Shown here: positions 7,796 to 17,954 of the stretch, one piece after another
Numbering within the stretch: the first letter of the stretch is position 1
How the letters are laid out: each line of letters opens with the position of its first letter
DNA from: a virus
Taxonomy: Duplodnaviria; Caudoviricetes
IMG/VR virus record: IMGVR_UViG_3300017700_000402
Coordinates: 1 to 40,011 of that record
Reading direction: 5' to 3' (one strand)
DNA: 40,011 nt
Notes under the pieces: generated by a model
What the model was told of the DNA's origin: nothing
The model's database searches: none
What the model saw: only the letters and a program-made list of their open reading frames with translations
Program-made: the position numbers and the translations under genes

Positions 7796-10104
7796 TGGTC
7801 GATACTCCAGACGCTGAGCCGACGACAGATCGCGATGATCAGGAATGCTGGTCACGCTGGTACGCTGAGGTTCAGCATAGCCAGAAGGATATCGTCTATA
7901 CCCAATGGCTGGAACGTTCCAAGCGCATCACCGAACGCTATCGGGATGAGCGTAACCGAGCCTCGCTCAAGCTGCGCAAGTACAATGTCCTCTGGTCTAA
8001 CGTTCAGACGCTCAAACCTGCCATCTATAGCCGGACGCCCAAGCCTATCGTTGAACGTCGGTTCATGGACAAAGACCCGGCAGCGCGTCTGGCCTCTACG
8101 GTTCTGGAGCGTGTGCTTAGCTTTCAGGTGGAGATTAGCCACTACCACGACCATGTGGACAAGAGCGTTAATGACTACCTTCTTCCTGGAATGGGACAGG
8201 TCTGGGTCCGCTATGAGCCTGAGTTTGAAACCGACCTGATCGAAGAAGAAAACACAGAGGTTGAGGACGAAGAGCGCGATCAGACTGCCGACGATATCCA
8301 GAATGAAGGCGACGGCGATGAGGCTTACGAAAAGCTGAGCTACGAGCGCCTGTGTGTCGATTACGTTTATTACCGCGACTTCTTCTGGGGCGCTGCCCGC
8401 TGCTGGTATGAGGTGCCTTGGGTAGCCCGTCGCACATGGATGACCAAGAGCGAGGTTGAGGAGAGGTTTGGCGAGGATAAGGCCAAGCAGATCGTTCTGG
8501 ACTACACTCCCCAGCAAATGCTCACGACCGACAAGGAAGACAAGACGATCTCGTTTTTCAAGAAGGCCGAGATTTGGGAAATCTGGAACAAGGCTGATCG
8601 AACCGTCTATTTCATCGCCCCCGGTACGCCCGGTCTGGTGCTTGAGGAAAAGGACGATCCGCTCAAGCTAGAGAACTTCTGGCCATGCCCTGAACCGCTG
8701 TTTGCCACGCAGACTAGCGACACGATTGTACCTGTCCCAGACTATTATGAGTATCAGGATCAGGCGCAGGAGCTTGACGACCTGACGCAGCGCATTTCGA
8801 TGATTACGACTGCCATTCGCGCCAATGGTGTCTATGACGCCTCACAGAAGGGCGTAGAGCGGCTGTTGCAGGAGGGCGTGGATAACAAGCTCATCCCGGT
8901 CGATAACTGGCCAGCGTTCACGGAAAAGGGCGGTAGCGCGGGCGTTATCTCGCTTATTCCCATGCAGGAGATTGCCCAGGTTCTGCTGTGGCTGTACGAG
9001 GCCCGTAATCAGGTCAAGGCCGACATGCAGGAAATCACCGGCATGAGCGACATTGTGCGTGGTCAGGGCAATCCTAACGAGACGGCAACAGCCCAGCGCA
9101 TCAAGGGGCAGTTTGCGTCTTTGCGCTTGCAGGAACGTCAGGAGAAAGTTGCCCACTTCTGCCGCGATATTATCCGCATCATGGCCGAGATTATCTCTGA
9201 GGTGTTCGCGCCAGAGACATTGCTGGAAATGAGCGGCATGAGTGTCGAGTTCCGCGATGAGGTGGAGAAGGCTGGTCAGGCTGTACCATTGCCACCACCG
9301 CCCCAGCCTCAACAGCCCGACCCTAACATGCCGCCAGAAGTTGCAGCTATGATGGCGCAACAGGCCCAAATGCAGGCCCAGCAGCAATATCAGATGGCCG
9401 TCCAGCAGGCACAGCAAGCCAAGAGCCAAGAACTACAGGCTGAGTTTGACCGGGCTCTGGAAATCCTTCGTAGTGACAAGCTGCGTGGCTTCCGGGTTGA
9501 GATTGAGACGGATAGCACTATCCAGCCCGACGCCAGCGAGGACAAAGCGGCAGCTACCGAATTGTTTGCGGCTACCCTCCAAGGCTTGCAAAATGCTGGG
9601 GCTATCGTCATGCAGGCGCCCGAGCTTCTGGAGCCCATTGGCGATCTGCTGATGTTTACCTATCGCAAATTCCGCGTTGGTCGCTCCATCGAAAGCAGCC
9701 TTGAAGATGCGCTGACCCAGATGAAGGAGCGCATGGAAGCCTCAGCCAGTCAGCCCAAGCCGCCTTCTGAAGAGCAGGTCAAGGCCCAGGGCGAACAGGC
9801 CAAGATTGCCGCAGAGCTAGACCGCGACAAGGCCAAGTTCCAAATGGACATGGAAGCCAAGCAGGCCGACTTTGCCTTGCAGCAGCAGAAGAACCAGACG
9901 GAGCTAGACCGCGCCGCTGCGGATTTGCAGATCGAACGCGAAAAGCTGGACATTGAACGCCAGCGCATGGAAATGCAGCGGGTCAATGATATCGTCAAGA
10001 CAGCTTCGGACTTGGAGCGGACGAATAACAAGGTTACACTCCAGCGCGAACAGCATGCTATGAAGATCGAGCAAATGAACCAACCGAAACCCGAGGGACG
10101 GTAA
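7795..10104 (+). CDS. Portal protein (podoviral, long C-terminal helical barrel)
   Basis: 769 aa; NVLWSNVQTLKPAIY and EITGMSDIVRG...ETATAQRIK motifs; Q/E/K coiled-coil tail. Confidence 0.9.
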   Translation: MVDTPDAEPTTDRDDQECWSRWYAEVQHSQKDIVYTQWLERSKRITERYRDERNRASLKLRKYNVLWSNVQTLKPAIYSRTPKPIVERRFMDKDPAARLASTVLERVLSFQVEISHYHDHVDKSVNDYLLPGMGQVWVRYEPEFETDLIEEENTEVEDEERDQTADDIQNEGDGDEAYEKLSYERLCVDYVYYRDFFWGAARCWYEVPWVARRTWMTKSEVEERFGEDKAKQIVLDYTPQQMLTTDKEDKTISFFKKAEIWEIWNKADRTVYFIAPGTPGLVLEEKDDPLKLENFWPCPEPLFATQTSDTIVPVPDYYEYQDQAQELDDLTQRISMITTAIRANGVYDASQKGVERLLQEGVDNKLIPVDNWPAFTEKGGSAGVISLIPMQEIAQVLLWLYEARNQVKADMQEITGMSDIVRGQGNPNETATAQRIKGQFASLRLQERQEKVAHFCRDIIRIMAEIISEVFAPETLLEMSGMSVEFRDEVEKAGQAVPLPPPPQPQQPDPNMPPEVAAMMAQQAQMQAQQQYQMAVQQAQQAKSQELQAEFDRALEILRSDKLRGFRVEIETDSTIQPDASEDKAAATELFAATLQGLQNAGAIVMQAPELLEPIGDLLMFTYRKFRVGRSIESSLEDALTQMKERMEASASQPKPPSEEQVKAQGEQAKIAAELDRDKAKFQMDMEAKQADFALQQQKNQTELDRAAADLQIEREKLDIERQRMEMQRVNDIVKTASDLERTNNKVTLQREQHAMKIEQMNQPKPEGR

Positions 10105-10308
10105 ATGGACAAATGGCAGGATATGGAAACAGCGCCAAAGGACGGCTCTGAGTTCCAAACTTGGTCTGAACAATATGGCTGGGTTCCACGAGCACGTATT
10201 GTTAACGAGCGAATTGAAGAGTGGGACGCGGAGTATTCGTGGCAACACTATACGGCCATGGATTATCTGGGGTGGATGCCTCAGCCTGAAAAGCCGGAGG
10301 TGAGGTAA
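10105..10308 (+). CDS. DUF551-like protein
   Basis: WQ.METAPKDG...WMP.PE.P signature. Confidence 0.7.
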   Translation: MDKWQDMETAPKDGSEFQTWSEQYGWVPRARIVNERIEEWDAEYSWQHYTAMDYLGWMPQPEKPEVR

Positions 10309-10661
10309 TGGATATCGTTGAGAAGATTGCCGAGCGCTACTGGAATGCCTTCCGCAATGGCTTCCTTTCCGTTGGCGGTGATCGCTCCTACCCGCTGTGG
10401 AAGGAAAGCAATGATCCGGTCAAGATCGAAACCATGCGCTGCCTTCGTCATGGCCTAGAGGCTCTTAAGGGCCTGCCTGACGCCTGTTTCGTTGATGATG
10501 ATATCGACCCAGCCGAGCGCAAGACCGTGGCCGCTATGAACCGTGGCAAGTTCGAGGCCGTGCTAGAGCGCGCATTCCCCGACAAACCATTGCGCCGCCG
10601 CGATACGCCTGAGACGGCAACGGAAGTGCGCTTGGCTCGCACATTGGGCAAGAAACGATGA
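10308..10661 (+). CDS. Hypothetical protein
   Basis: GAGG SD; TAATG coupling. Confidence 0.7.
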   Translation: MDIVEKIAERYWNAFRNGFLSVGGDRSYPLWKESNDPVKIETMRCLRHGLEALKGLPDACFVDDDIDPAERKTVAAMNRGKFEAVLERAFPDKPLRRRDTPETATEVRLARTLGKKR

Positions 10662-11032
10662 GACAGCGTTACTGCCGTATCTGCAAAGGCTGGCACCCAA
10701 CCGACGAATGGCCCCGCGAGTGCATTGAGCATTACGAGGCATATCTGGGCAAGAAGCGCAGCGACATTGGTTTCCCTGCCGTTCGCCGCGACCATATGGA
10801 CGATCTGTGGCACCCTCTGGACGGCAACACTTACACCAGCCGGTCGGACTATGACGCAGTGACCAAGGGGCGCCCTGATGTGGTGGAAATTGGGAATGAG
10901 CGGCAACATATTACCGTTCCCGTTGACGACACAGTGAAGGACGATGTATTAGAGGCTATGTCTATGGTTAACCAGGGATACAAGCCGAACCTTTCCGAAG
11001 CAAAACTTTCCGGCGAAGGCTGGGTAGATTGA
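10658..11032 (+). CDS. Hypothetical head-region protein
   Basis: CxxCxGWH N-terminus; HP.DG..YTSRS and VEIGNE motifs typical upstream of scaffold genes. Confidence 0.7.
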   Translation: MRQRYCRICKGWHPTDEWPRECIEHYEAYLGKKRSDIGFPAVRRDHMDDLWHPLDGNTYTSRSDYDAVTKGRPDVVEIGNERQHITVPVDDTVKDDVLEAMSMVNQGYKPNLSEAKLSGEGWVD

Positions 11033-11061
11033 ACCGAAACCCATAGGACAGCGGTAAATAC

Positions 11062-12084
11062 ATGAGCGAAGTTGACGGCGCTACACAGGTTGAGAATGCC
11101 ACCATTCCAGAGGTGGACAATTTCCGTGCTGACGTAGAGGCGGCATACAAGGCCGTAGCGGAGAAATCCGAGACGCAAGAAGATACCCCGGCCCGCGATG
11201 CGACCGGCAAGTTTGCTCCCCGCGAAGTGGAGCCTCAGATCAAGGCGGAAGGCGCTGAACCCAGCGACACGCCCGAACCAGTTACCGATGCGGACCCAGC
11301 CCAGGCAACGGAACAGCAGCCCTCAAAGGCTATTGAACCCCCTAAAGGTTGGTCGGCTGACGCGAAGGCCAAGTGGTCTACTCTCGATCCTTCCATTCAA
11401 GCGGAAGTAGCGAAGCGAGAGGCAGACATTGACAATGGCGGGCGTCAGTGGTCCGAGCAGAGACGTGCCTATGATGAAATGCTGACCCCTGTAAAGGGGC
11501 TGGCACAGCGCAACGGAGTACCAGAAGGCGAAGCGCTCAAACGCTTGGTCGATGCCTCCGAGTGGTTGGAACGGGACCCCAAGTCCTTCCTCCAGTCCTA
11601 TGCGCAGCATTACGGCATTAACCTCACAATCGCAGAACAGCAAAACCCTCGGCCTCAGTCTCAACCTGACCCGTACATTGCCAAGCTGCATGAAACCGTT
11701 CAGCGCATTGAAGGAACTCTTGCCTCACAGCAGGAGAAGGAGATTAACTCCGTTATCCAGACATTCGCTTCGTCTCCCGGCCATGAACATTTTGACACTG
11801 TTAAAGTCGAAATGGGACGCCTTATGCAGATTGACCCGTCGCTGTCTATGGACGACGCTTACGACAAGGCAATCTGGTCTAATAAGGATATTCGGGCCAA
11901 CCTTCTGGCTGCTCAGGCTCCCAAGCCTGATAGCCGCGACAAGGATCGTCAGCAGACGGCAAAGGCCAAGGCCAGCGCTGTGTCTCCCAAGGGCTCAGGC
12001 CCAACAGGCGGCGTGACGGCTCCAAAGAAGGAATATGACGATATACGGTCGATTGTCGCAGACGCATATTACGGCAGGGCGTGA
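11062..12084 (+). CDS. Capsid scaffolding protein
   Basis: RD..GKFA, PP.GWS..AK.KW and AYDKAIW motifs; directly upstream of the MCP. Confidence 0.8.
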   Translation: MSEVDGATQVENATIPEVDNFRADVEAAYKAVAEKSETQEDTPARDATGKFAPREVEPQIKAEGAEPSDTPEPVTDADPAQATEQQPSKAIEPPKGWSADAKAKWSTLDPSIQAEVAKREADIDNGGRQWSEQRRAYDEMLTPVKGLAQRNGVPEGEALKRLVDASEWLERDPKSFLQSYAQHYGINLTIAEQQNPRPQSQPDPYIAKLHETVQRIEGTLASQQEKEINSVIQTFASSPGHEHFDTVKVEMGRLMQIDPSLSMDDAYDKAIWSNKDIRANLLAAQAPKPDSRDKDRQQTAKAKASAVSPKGSGPTGGVTAPKKEYDDIRSIVADAYYGRA

Positions 12085-12109
12085 CGGAGGCTCTTAACGG
12101 AGCCCTTAA

Positions 12110-13114
12110 ATGGCATTCCCCAATCCCGACATTGGCGACATCATCGCCACGACTATTGAAAATCGTTCCAAGAAGGCTGCGGACAACATCACCCGCCGCA
12201 ATGCCCTTCTCAACCGCATGTCCAAGCGCGGCACGGTAAAGCCATTCTCTGGCGGCACCAAGCTGTTCGAGGAAATCGAATACGCCCAGAACTCCACTGT
12301 CCAGTGGTATTCGGGCTATGAGCAGATCAACGTCGCGCCCAGCCAGACCCTGACTGCCGCTGAGTACCCGATCCGTCAGGCCGCTGTGGCTGTGTCGATT
12401 TCGGGTCTTGAGCAGCTCCAGAACGCTGGCCCGGAACAGATGATTGACCTCATCGAAAGCCGTGTGAAGAACGCTGAAAACACGCTGATGGCGCTGATTT
12501 CGCAGGCGCTCTACAATGACGGCACTACCCCCAAGGCTATCGGCGGTCTGCGTCAGCTTGTGGCTACCAACCCTCTCAACTCGGTTGGCGGTATCGACGG
12601 CAATACGTGGGAATTCTGGCGCAATATCACTTACGGCGCAGTGACCAACGGCGGTGCAGCTACCACTTCGGCCAACATTCGCCGGTATATGGACGCGATC
12701 TACCCACAGCTTCTGATGGGTGATAACTCCAAGCCCGATCTGATCGTTGCCGACAATACGATGTGGACGTACTTCAACGAAAGCCTACAGCCGCTCCAGC
12801 GCTTCCAGGATGCGGACATGGCCAATGCTGGCTTTATGAACCTGACCTATATGGGCGACATTCCTGTTGTGCTTGACGGCGGTTTCCAGGGTTACAGCAC
12901 TGACGTTGTTGGTGTCGGCGGTGTTCCCACCGGCTTCATGTACTTCCTCAATACCAACTTCCTCAAGTACCGCCCGCACCGTGACCGTAACTTCACCGCC
13001 TTGAACCCTGATCGTTATTCGATCAATCAGGACGCTGTCGTTAAGCTCAACGCATGGGCAGGCCAGCTTACTGTCAGCAACCGTCGCGCTCAGGGTGTTC
13101 TGTACCCAACCTGA
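12110..13114 (+). CDS. Major capsid protein
   Basis: 334 aa; DIIATTIENRS..ADN, SISGLE.LQN.G and W.G.LTVSNR motifs; strong codon bias. Confidence 0.9.
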   Translation: MAFPNPDIGDIIATTIENRSKKAADNITRRNALLNRMSKRGTVKPFSGGTKLFEEIEYAQNSTVQWYSGYEQINVAPSQTLTAAEYPIRQAAVAVSISGLEQLQNAGPEQMIDLIESRVKNAENTLMALISQALYNDGTTPKAIGGLRQLVATNPLNSVGGIDGNTWEFWRNITYGAVTNGGAATTSANIRRYMDAIYPQLLMGDNSKPDLIVADNTMWTYFNESLQPLQRFQDADMANAGFMNLTYMGDIPVVLDGGFQGYSTDVVGVGGVPTGFMYFLNTNFLKYRPHRDRNFTALNPDRYSINQDAVVKLNAWAGQLTVSNRRAQGVLYPT

Positions 13115-13155
13115 TAGTTGGGCGCATGACATTCTGACATTCAAAGGAAAACACT

Positions 13156-13683
13156 ATGGCAATCCCATATTCTACCTCTAATGCGGCTGGTATTAATCTG
13201 TCCGCAACCTACACGCCCACCACTACCGGTTATGCTCAGGACGTTACTGGCCTTGCCCCTCCCGTCCCGGTCGGCACTATTGTTGACGCTACTGATGGTT
13301 CCAAGTGGGTCATGTGCCTAGTTGGTACGGGCGGCATTACCGGTCTTGGCTTCGTCGTTGTTGTTGACGAGGACTTCGGCTGCGTAATGATGAGCAACAG
13401 TGTTGGTGCCCTTGGCGATGCCGTTGGCGTTGCTGTGGCCACTGCTGCTGTAGGCGATTATGTCTGGGTCCAGCGGTTCGGCACTTGCGATGCACTTCAG
13501 GTACTTGCTTCGGCTAATCCTAACGTTCCTCTGGCCTCTACGGTCACTGCGGGCGCCCTGGATGATGCGGTGGCTACGCCTACCAAGAACATCACTGGCG
13601 TTGTTCTCACGACTGCCCGCGCCGCCTCTCAGGGCAATGCCCCGGCATACCTGAATTGGCCAGTTGTCGGCACAACCAACTAA
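13156..13683 (+). CDS. Capsid decoration/cement protein (putative)
   Basis: Follows the MCP, strong SD, YVWVQ..G motif, followed by a terminator. Confidence 0.65.
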   Translation: MAIPYSTSNAAGINLSATYTPTTTGYAQDVTGLAPPVPVGTIVDATDGSKWVMCLVGTGGITGLGFVVVVDEDFGCVMMSNSVGALGDAVGVAVATAAVGDYVWVQRFGTCDALQVLASANPNVPLASTVTAGALDDAVATPTKNITGVVLTTARAASQGNAPAYLNWPVVGTTN

Positions 13684-13689
13684 TCTGGC

Positions 13690-13715
13690 GGGAGGCAATA
13701 ACGCCTCCCCCTTTC
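13690..13715 (+). terminator. Terminator after the capsid genes
   Basis: GGGAGGC-aataac-GCCTCCC then ccTTTC. Confidence 0.65.
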
Positions 13716-13734
13716 ATTCATAGGACGGCATAAC

Positions 13735-14367
13735 ATGGCGGAAAGCGCAAATTGGATGGATATGGAAGGCGCCCAGAACTCTGGGGGTCTTAATGTCCAG
13801 TTCTATCGCGGAACCAAGCGAGACGTTTTTAACTCTACCCTGCAAGGGCTCCCTCTCGACGTTGGTATTGATTACGTGAAGGTGTCCAATGCAGGCGAGA
13901 AAGATAACGTCATCCATGAGGTGAACGAGCTTCACAAGCGGCGTTGGCCGGAACAGTGGCGAGCATATCAGGAAGGCCGGGCGCAGATTGCGGACGGTAC
14001 GCCCATGGATATGCTTTTCCCCGGCAATCCCGAGATTGTCTCGACGCTCAAGGCAAACAACGTTCACACCATCGAACAGCTTGCCGACTACCCTGATAGC
14101 AGCCTGACGGCGTTTACCCCAACGTGGAAGGCCAAGGCCCAGCAGTTCCTCAAGGGCAAGGTGGATAACCGCTTCCCAGAACTTGAGGCGAGGGCACAGA
14201 ATGCAGAGGCACGGCTTGTCGAAATGGAAGCCATGATGAAGCAGCTTCTGGCCTCACAGGGAAGCGTTAACAGCGCCGATCAGGTAGAAGTCGCCAATAT
14301 CGTTCCCGTCGACCCGGAGCAGCCACGACGCGGCCCCGGTCGCCCTCCTAAGACCCAAGAGGACTAA
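13735..14367 (+). CDS. Hypothetical head-tail region protein
   Basis: RWP..W.AY, GTP and TIEQLA motifs; RRGPGRPPK tail. Confidence 0.75.
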   Translation: MAESANWMDMEGAQNSGGLNVQFYRGTKRDVFNSTLQGLPLDVGIDYVKVSNAGEKDNVIHEVNELHKRRWPEQWRAYQEGRAQIADGTPMDMLFPGNPEIVSTLKANNVHTIEQLADYPDSSLTAFTPTWKAKAQQFLKGKVDNRFPELEARAQNAEARLVEMEAMMKQLLASQGSVNSADQVEVANIVPVDPEQPRRGPGRPPKTQED

Positions 14368-14369
14368 CC

Positions 14370-14744
14370 ATGAGCCTTTCAACTGATCTGATGGGCGTAG
14401 GCATGCCAAGTGAACAGGCCATTCGGCTTGGCACTTCTGCGCTTACGACCATTGCGGGTGTTGGTACTGCCCAGAGCGGCGGCGCTGCCATTCCCGTACT
14501 TGTCAACAACGTGCTTGCTACTACGGCTGGCGGTGCCACTGCATTCGTCCTGCCATCAACTGCTGAGATTGACGTCCCCTATTCGGTGGTCAATTCCAGC
14601 GCGACAACTGCTCTGGTTTATCCGCCCACCAGCGGTACGATCAATGCAGCTGCGGCTGATGCTTCGGTTTCCATTGCCCAGAACCTTGGGCGGATTTTCA
14701 TCCGCAAAAGCTCGACGCGCTGGATTTCGTTCCTCACTGCCTAA
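14370..14744 (+). CDS. Small structural protein
   Basis: GAGGA SD; Ala/Thr-rich; VYP..G.TIN motif. Confidence 0.7.
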   Translation: MSLSTDLMGVGMPSEQAIRLGTSALTTIAGVGTAQSGGAAIPVLVNNVLATTAGGATAFVLPSTAEIDVPYSVVNSSATTALVYPPTSGTINAAAADASVSIAQNLGRIFIRKSSTRWISFLTA

Positions 14745-14760
14745 ATAGATCGGACGCGCC

Positions 14761-15708
14761 ATGCCGCTTACCTTGCTCCAGATTGCGCAGCGTGTCGTCA
14801 ATGAATTGGGCTTGCCCGCCATTGCGACCGTTGAAGGCAACCAAGACAATACGGTGCGTCAGATCAATGCTCTGATTAATCGATCCGGGGATAACATCTA
14901 TCAAGAGTATCCCTGGATCGTTTCACAGGACTACCACATTGTGGACATCGGAGCCCCCATCATCACGACAGGTGATGTCGTGTCCGGCTCTACAACCATC
15001 ACGAATATACCATCTACAGCAGGAATTGTTGCGGATCAGTTTGCCATTACCGGCGATGGTTTCTTGCAGTCCACGCGCGTTCTAACTGTAGTCGATGCTA
15101 ACACCATTATTATTGACCAGCAGCCAACCGTCACCCAAATTGGTATGGAGTTGACGATTGCGCGGGACACGTATGCCGTCCCGGCTGACTTCAAATGGTT
15201 TGCCAATATGACCATGTGGGATCGAACCAACCACTGGCAGTTGATTGGCCCTATGTCGCCGCAGGCAGACCAGTGGTTGCGCTCAGGCATCGTCCCTACA
15301 GGCCCAAGGCGTCGCTGGCGGCAGGTTGGTACAGAGCCAGTCAATTGGCGCCTATGGCCCGCTCCTACGGCTTCCAATGACTATCCCGCGACCCTGATAT
15401 TCGAGTACAATAGTAAATATTGGGCTTCGAATAATGCTGGAGTACGCCAAGAGGGCCTGACGCAGGACACGGATTACGCCGTCATTGATGGTCAGGCCAT
15501 TGTTCTCGATACCAAATGGCGCCTGTGGCAAGCCAAGGGATTTGAGTACGGCGCCTTGCAGGCCGAGTTCAAGGATTATCTTGATCGTTTGGCTGCTCGT
15601 GATGGCGGGTCGCCTGATTTGTCCTTGGCCAAACGGAAAGGTAACTTCTACCTGCTGAACATGGAAAACGTTCCGGACGGCAACTGGCCTGGAGACGGAA
15701 ACCCATGA
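14761..15708 (+). CDS. Head-to-tail adaptor
   Basis: MPLTLLQI.Q.V..ELGL start; Y.VP.DF, WDRT..W...GP and KWR....KG.EY motifs. Confidence 0.75.
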   Translation: MPLTLLQIAQRVVNELGLPAIATVEGNQDNTVRQINALINRSGDNIYQEYPWIVSQDYHIVDIGAPIITTGDVVSGSTTITNIPSTAGIVADQFAITGDGFLQSTRVLTVVDANTIIIDQQPTVTQIGMELTIARDTYAVPADFKWFANMTMWDRTNHWQLIGPMSPQADQWLRSGIVPTGPRRRWRQVGTEPVNWRLWPAPTASNDYPATLIFEYNSKYWASNNAGVRQEGLTQDTDYAVIDGQAIVLDTKWRLWQAKGFEYGALQAEFKDYLDRLAARDGGSPDLSLAKRKGNFYLLNMENVPDGNWPGDGNP

Positions 15709-17330
15709 GGCTTACCGCTCAAAAACGCGGGATGGTTCGGGGTGCTGGCACGACTATCGCCGCCCCCCAGACTATTCAGGGCGCCAGCTTCCCTGCGCCT
15801 ATAGGCGGCTGGGACGCGATGAACCCGCTTGCCAACATGCCAGAACAAAACGCTGTTCAGTTGATCAACTTCTTTCCCCAGCCCGGCTATGTCGAGTTGC
15901 GCCGTGGGCATATGATCCATTGCGATACCGGAACAGGCTTGCCCGTTGAAACGGTAATGGGCTACCAAGGGACAGGAGCGCTGACCCAAGTGCTTTTTGC
16001 TGTCTCGGATGGTGATGTGTTCGACGTTACCACTTCCCCAGCCGTGATGACGACTGTAACCGGGCTGCTTAGTGATCGTGTGCAACATACCATGTTCGCC
16101 AGCGGCGGCGGCAATGTGTTGTGGTGCTGCAATGGCGAAGATGTGCCGTTCTACTATGATAGCACCGGAACATGGACAGATACGGCTATTACCGGCATCA
16201 CATCGGGAAACCCGCAGGACATCGTTCAGGTAGCCATATACCGCAACCGCATCTGGGGCGTTCTCAAAGACACGACCGTTGCGGTTGTCTTGGGCGTCGA
16301 TAGCATTACCGGGGCGATCACCACGGAATTTGATGTCGGGGGAGTGTTCCCGCGCGGTGGCTATCTACAGGCCATTGCAACATGGGGCACTGACGTAAAC
16401 AACGGCCCTAACGAGTTCATAGCCTTTATATCGTCATATGGCGATGTTGCGATGTACCTGATCACCGATGTGACGGATGCGGCTGGTATTCAGTATCTTG
16501 GCACCAGTCAGATCGGTTCCCCCATTGGACGGCGCTGTGTGTGCCGTGTCGGTTCGGACAGCGCTCTGGTGACCATTGACGGTGTAATCCCGCTGTCCAA
16601 GATCATCAACTATGACCGTGCTGCCATTCAAAATCAGGCTCTTACGTCTAACATTCGCACTGCCATGACAGAGGCAGCGCAGCGCCAATCGACGTTCTTT
16701 GGCTGGCAGCTTGTGTCCTACGCCCGCAATACCATGGCCATTCTTAATGTCCCGGTTGCTGAGAATGAGGTTCAGGATCAGTTCGTAATGAACACGGTAA
16801 CGGGCGCATGGTGCCGCTTTACTGGCCAGAATGCCAATTGTTGGGAAGTGTTCGACAATTTCGCCTATTTCGGCGGAAATGACGGCGTTGTCAGGCTGGC
16901 CGATGTGGCAAGCGGTGATGAGGATCAAACGCTGGAAGCGGACATGCAGACTGCGTTCAACTATTACGGCATGCGTGGACGGCTCAAGCAGTGGGAAATG
17001 ATCAGGCCATTGATTACGATCAATACCGCATTCCCGACGACACCGTTTATTGGGGTTAACGTAGATTTCGGGTCTAATGCCGTCCTGAGCCCAATCCAGT
17101 TTACCTCTGCTGATCCGGTAGCGATATGGAACGATCCTGGGACGCAATGGGACGTAGCGCAATGGCCCGGCGATGTTCAGTCCAGCGATTGGGCTTCGCT
17201 CAATGGGCTTGGCTATTGTGCATCGGTTCGTATGACCGTATCCATTCCTTGGAGTGCCAACCTGGCCACACCGCGAACCCTTCGGTTCAATAGCTTTGAC
17301 GTGCTTCTAGAGGCCGGGGGCTTCCTTTGA
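15705..17330 (+). CDS. Tail nozzle / packaged-DNA stabilization protein (P22 gp10-like)
   Basis: PAPIGGW, beta-propeller-like body, Q.VMNT.TGAWC.FTG; position after the adaptor. Confidence 0.8.
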   Translation: MRLTAQKRGMVRGAGTTIAAPQTIQGASFPAPIGGWDAMNPLANMPEQNAVQLINFFPQPGYVELRRGHMIHCDTGTGLPVETVMGYQGTGALTQVLFAVSDGDVFDVTTSPAVMTTVTGLLSDRVQHTMFASGGGNVLWCCNGEDVPFYYDSTGTWTDTAITGITSGNPQDIVQVAIYRNRIWGVLKDTTVAVVLGVDSITGAITTEFDVGGVFPRGGYLQAIATWGTDVNNGPNEFIAFISSYGDVAMYLITDVTDAAGIQYLGTSQIGSPIGRRCVCRVGSDSALVTIDGVIPLSKIINYDRAAIQNQALTSNIRTAMTEAAQRQSTFFGWQLVSYARNTMAILNVPVAENEVQDQFVMNTVTGAWCRFTGQNANCWEVFDNFAYFGGNDGVVRLADVASGDEDQTLEADMQTAFNYYGMRGRLKQWEMIRPLITINTAFPTTPFIGVNVDFGSNAVLSPIQFTSADPVAIWNDPGTQWDVAQWPGDVQSSDWASLNGLGYCASVRMTVSIPWSANLATPRTLRFNSFDVLLEAGGFL

Positions 17331-17889
17331 TGCACCACATACTCTTAGGCGAGCGCATCGTTTTAACAAGTTCCATGTCAGGGCAACCCGGCATTGAATG
17401 CACGTGCTGCCAGACTTTGCCTGCACATATAGACCATATAGAAGATGAGTTCAGGCCATATTTATGGCCGAGAGTTGTCAAAGACACGCCTGTAGCGCGC
17501 TCATTCAAAAGCGCAAGAACTATCTCTTCGTTGAGCTTTGACAAGTGGTTTCGACTGCCAACGCGTGTGTTTTTGGGCGGATTGACGTGTCGGTTACGAG
17601 ACATCGCGTCCTTGACGTTATCGGTATAGGAGCCGGGACGAAGATGATTTGGGTTTACGCAAGATCGGTTATCGCAAGAATGCAGCGCCAGCATCCCCTT
17701 TGGGATGGGCGCGCCAAGCTTGAGTTCAAGCGAAACCCTATGCGCGCCAATCGGCTTCAAGGCGGCAGTGTAGTATGCCCCGTAGCCATTGGAATGATGG
17801 CCTCGCTTCCAGTTCCAGCATTCGTATGGAGCCCCCCTGTCGTATCCGCTCTCAAAGCGCAGTATGTCTTCATCGGTGAATTGATGCAT
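17287..17889 (-). CDS. Free-standing HNH homing endonuclease with C-terminal HTH
   Basis: CWNW...GYG, AHRVS, HSCDNRSCVNPNHL, SKL.EE.V; antisense to the late operon. Confidence 0.92.
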   Translation of the reverse strand: MHQFTDEDILRFESGYDRGAPYECWNWKRGHHSNGYGAYYTAALKPIGAHRVSLELKLGAPIPKGMLALHSCDNRSCVNPNHLRPGSYTDNVKDAMSRNRHVNPPKNTRVGSRNHLSKLNEEIVLALLNERATGVSLTTLGHKYGLNSSSIWSICAGKVWQHVHSMPGCPDMELVKTMRSPKSMWCIKGSPRPLEARQSY

Positions 17890-17913
17890 CTGGTATCCCC
17901 TAGTTCATATGTT

Positions 17914-17942
17914 CTAATACCAGACTATTGGAACGAACACAA
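17914..17942 (-). promoter_or_regulatory. Putative promoter of the antisense HNH
   Basis: TTGTGT-17bp-TATTAG with TG extension; GGGG SD. Confidence 0.5.
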
Positions 17943-17954
17943 GAGTACGTTCAT

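Noticed and set aside
9280-9440. Pro/Gln-rich segment in the portal as an intein or mobile insertion
   Set aside because: No intein C/S...HN motifs; low-complexity loops are usual in this portal type
13100-13160. Capsid read-through or frameshift extension
   Set aside because: Tandem TGA TAG stops, no slippery site, and the next gene has its own strong SD
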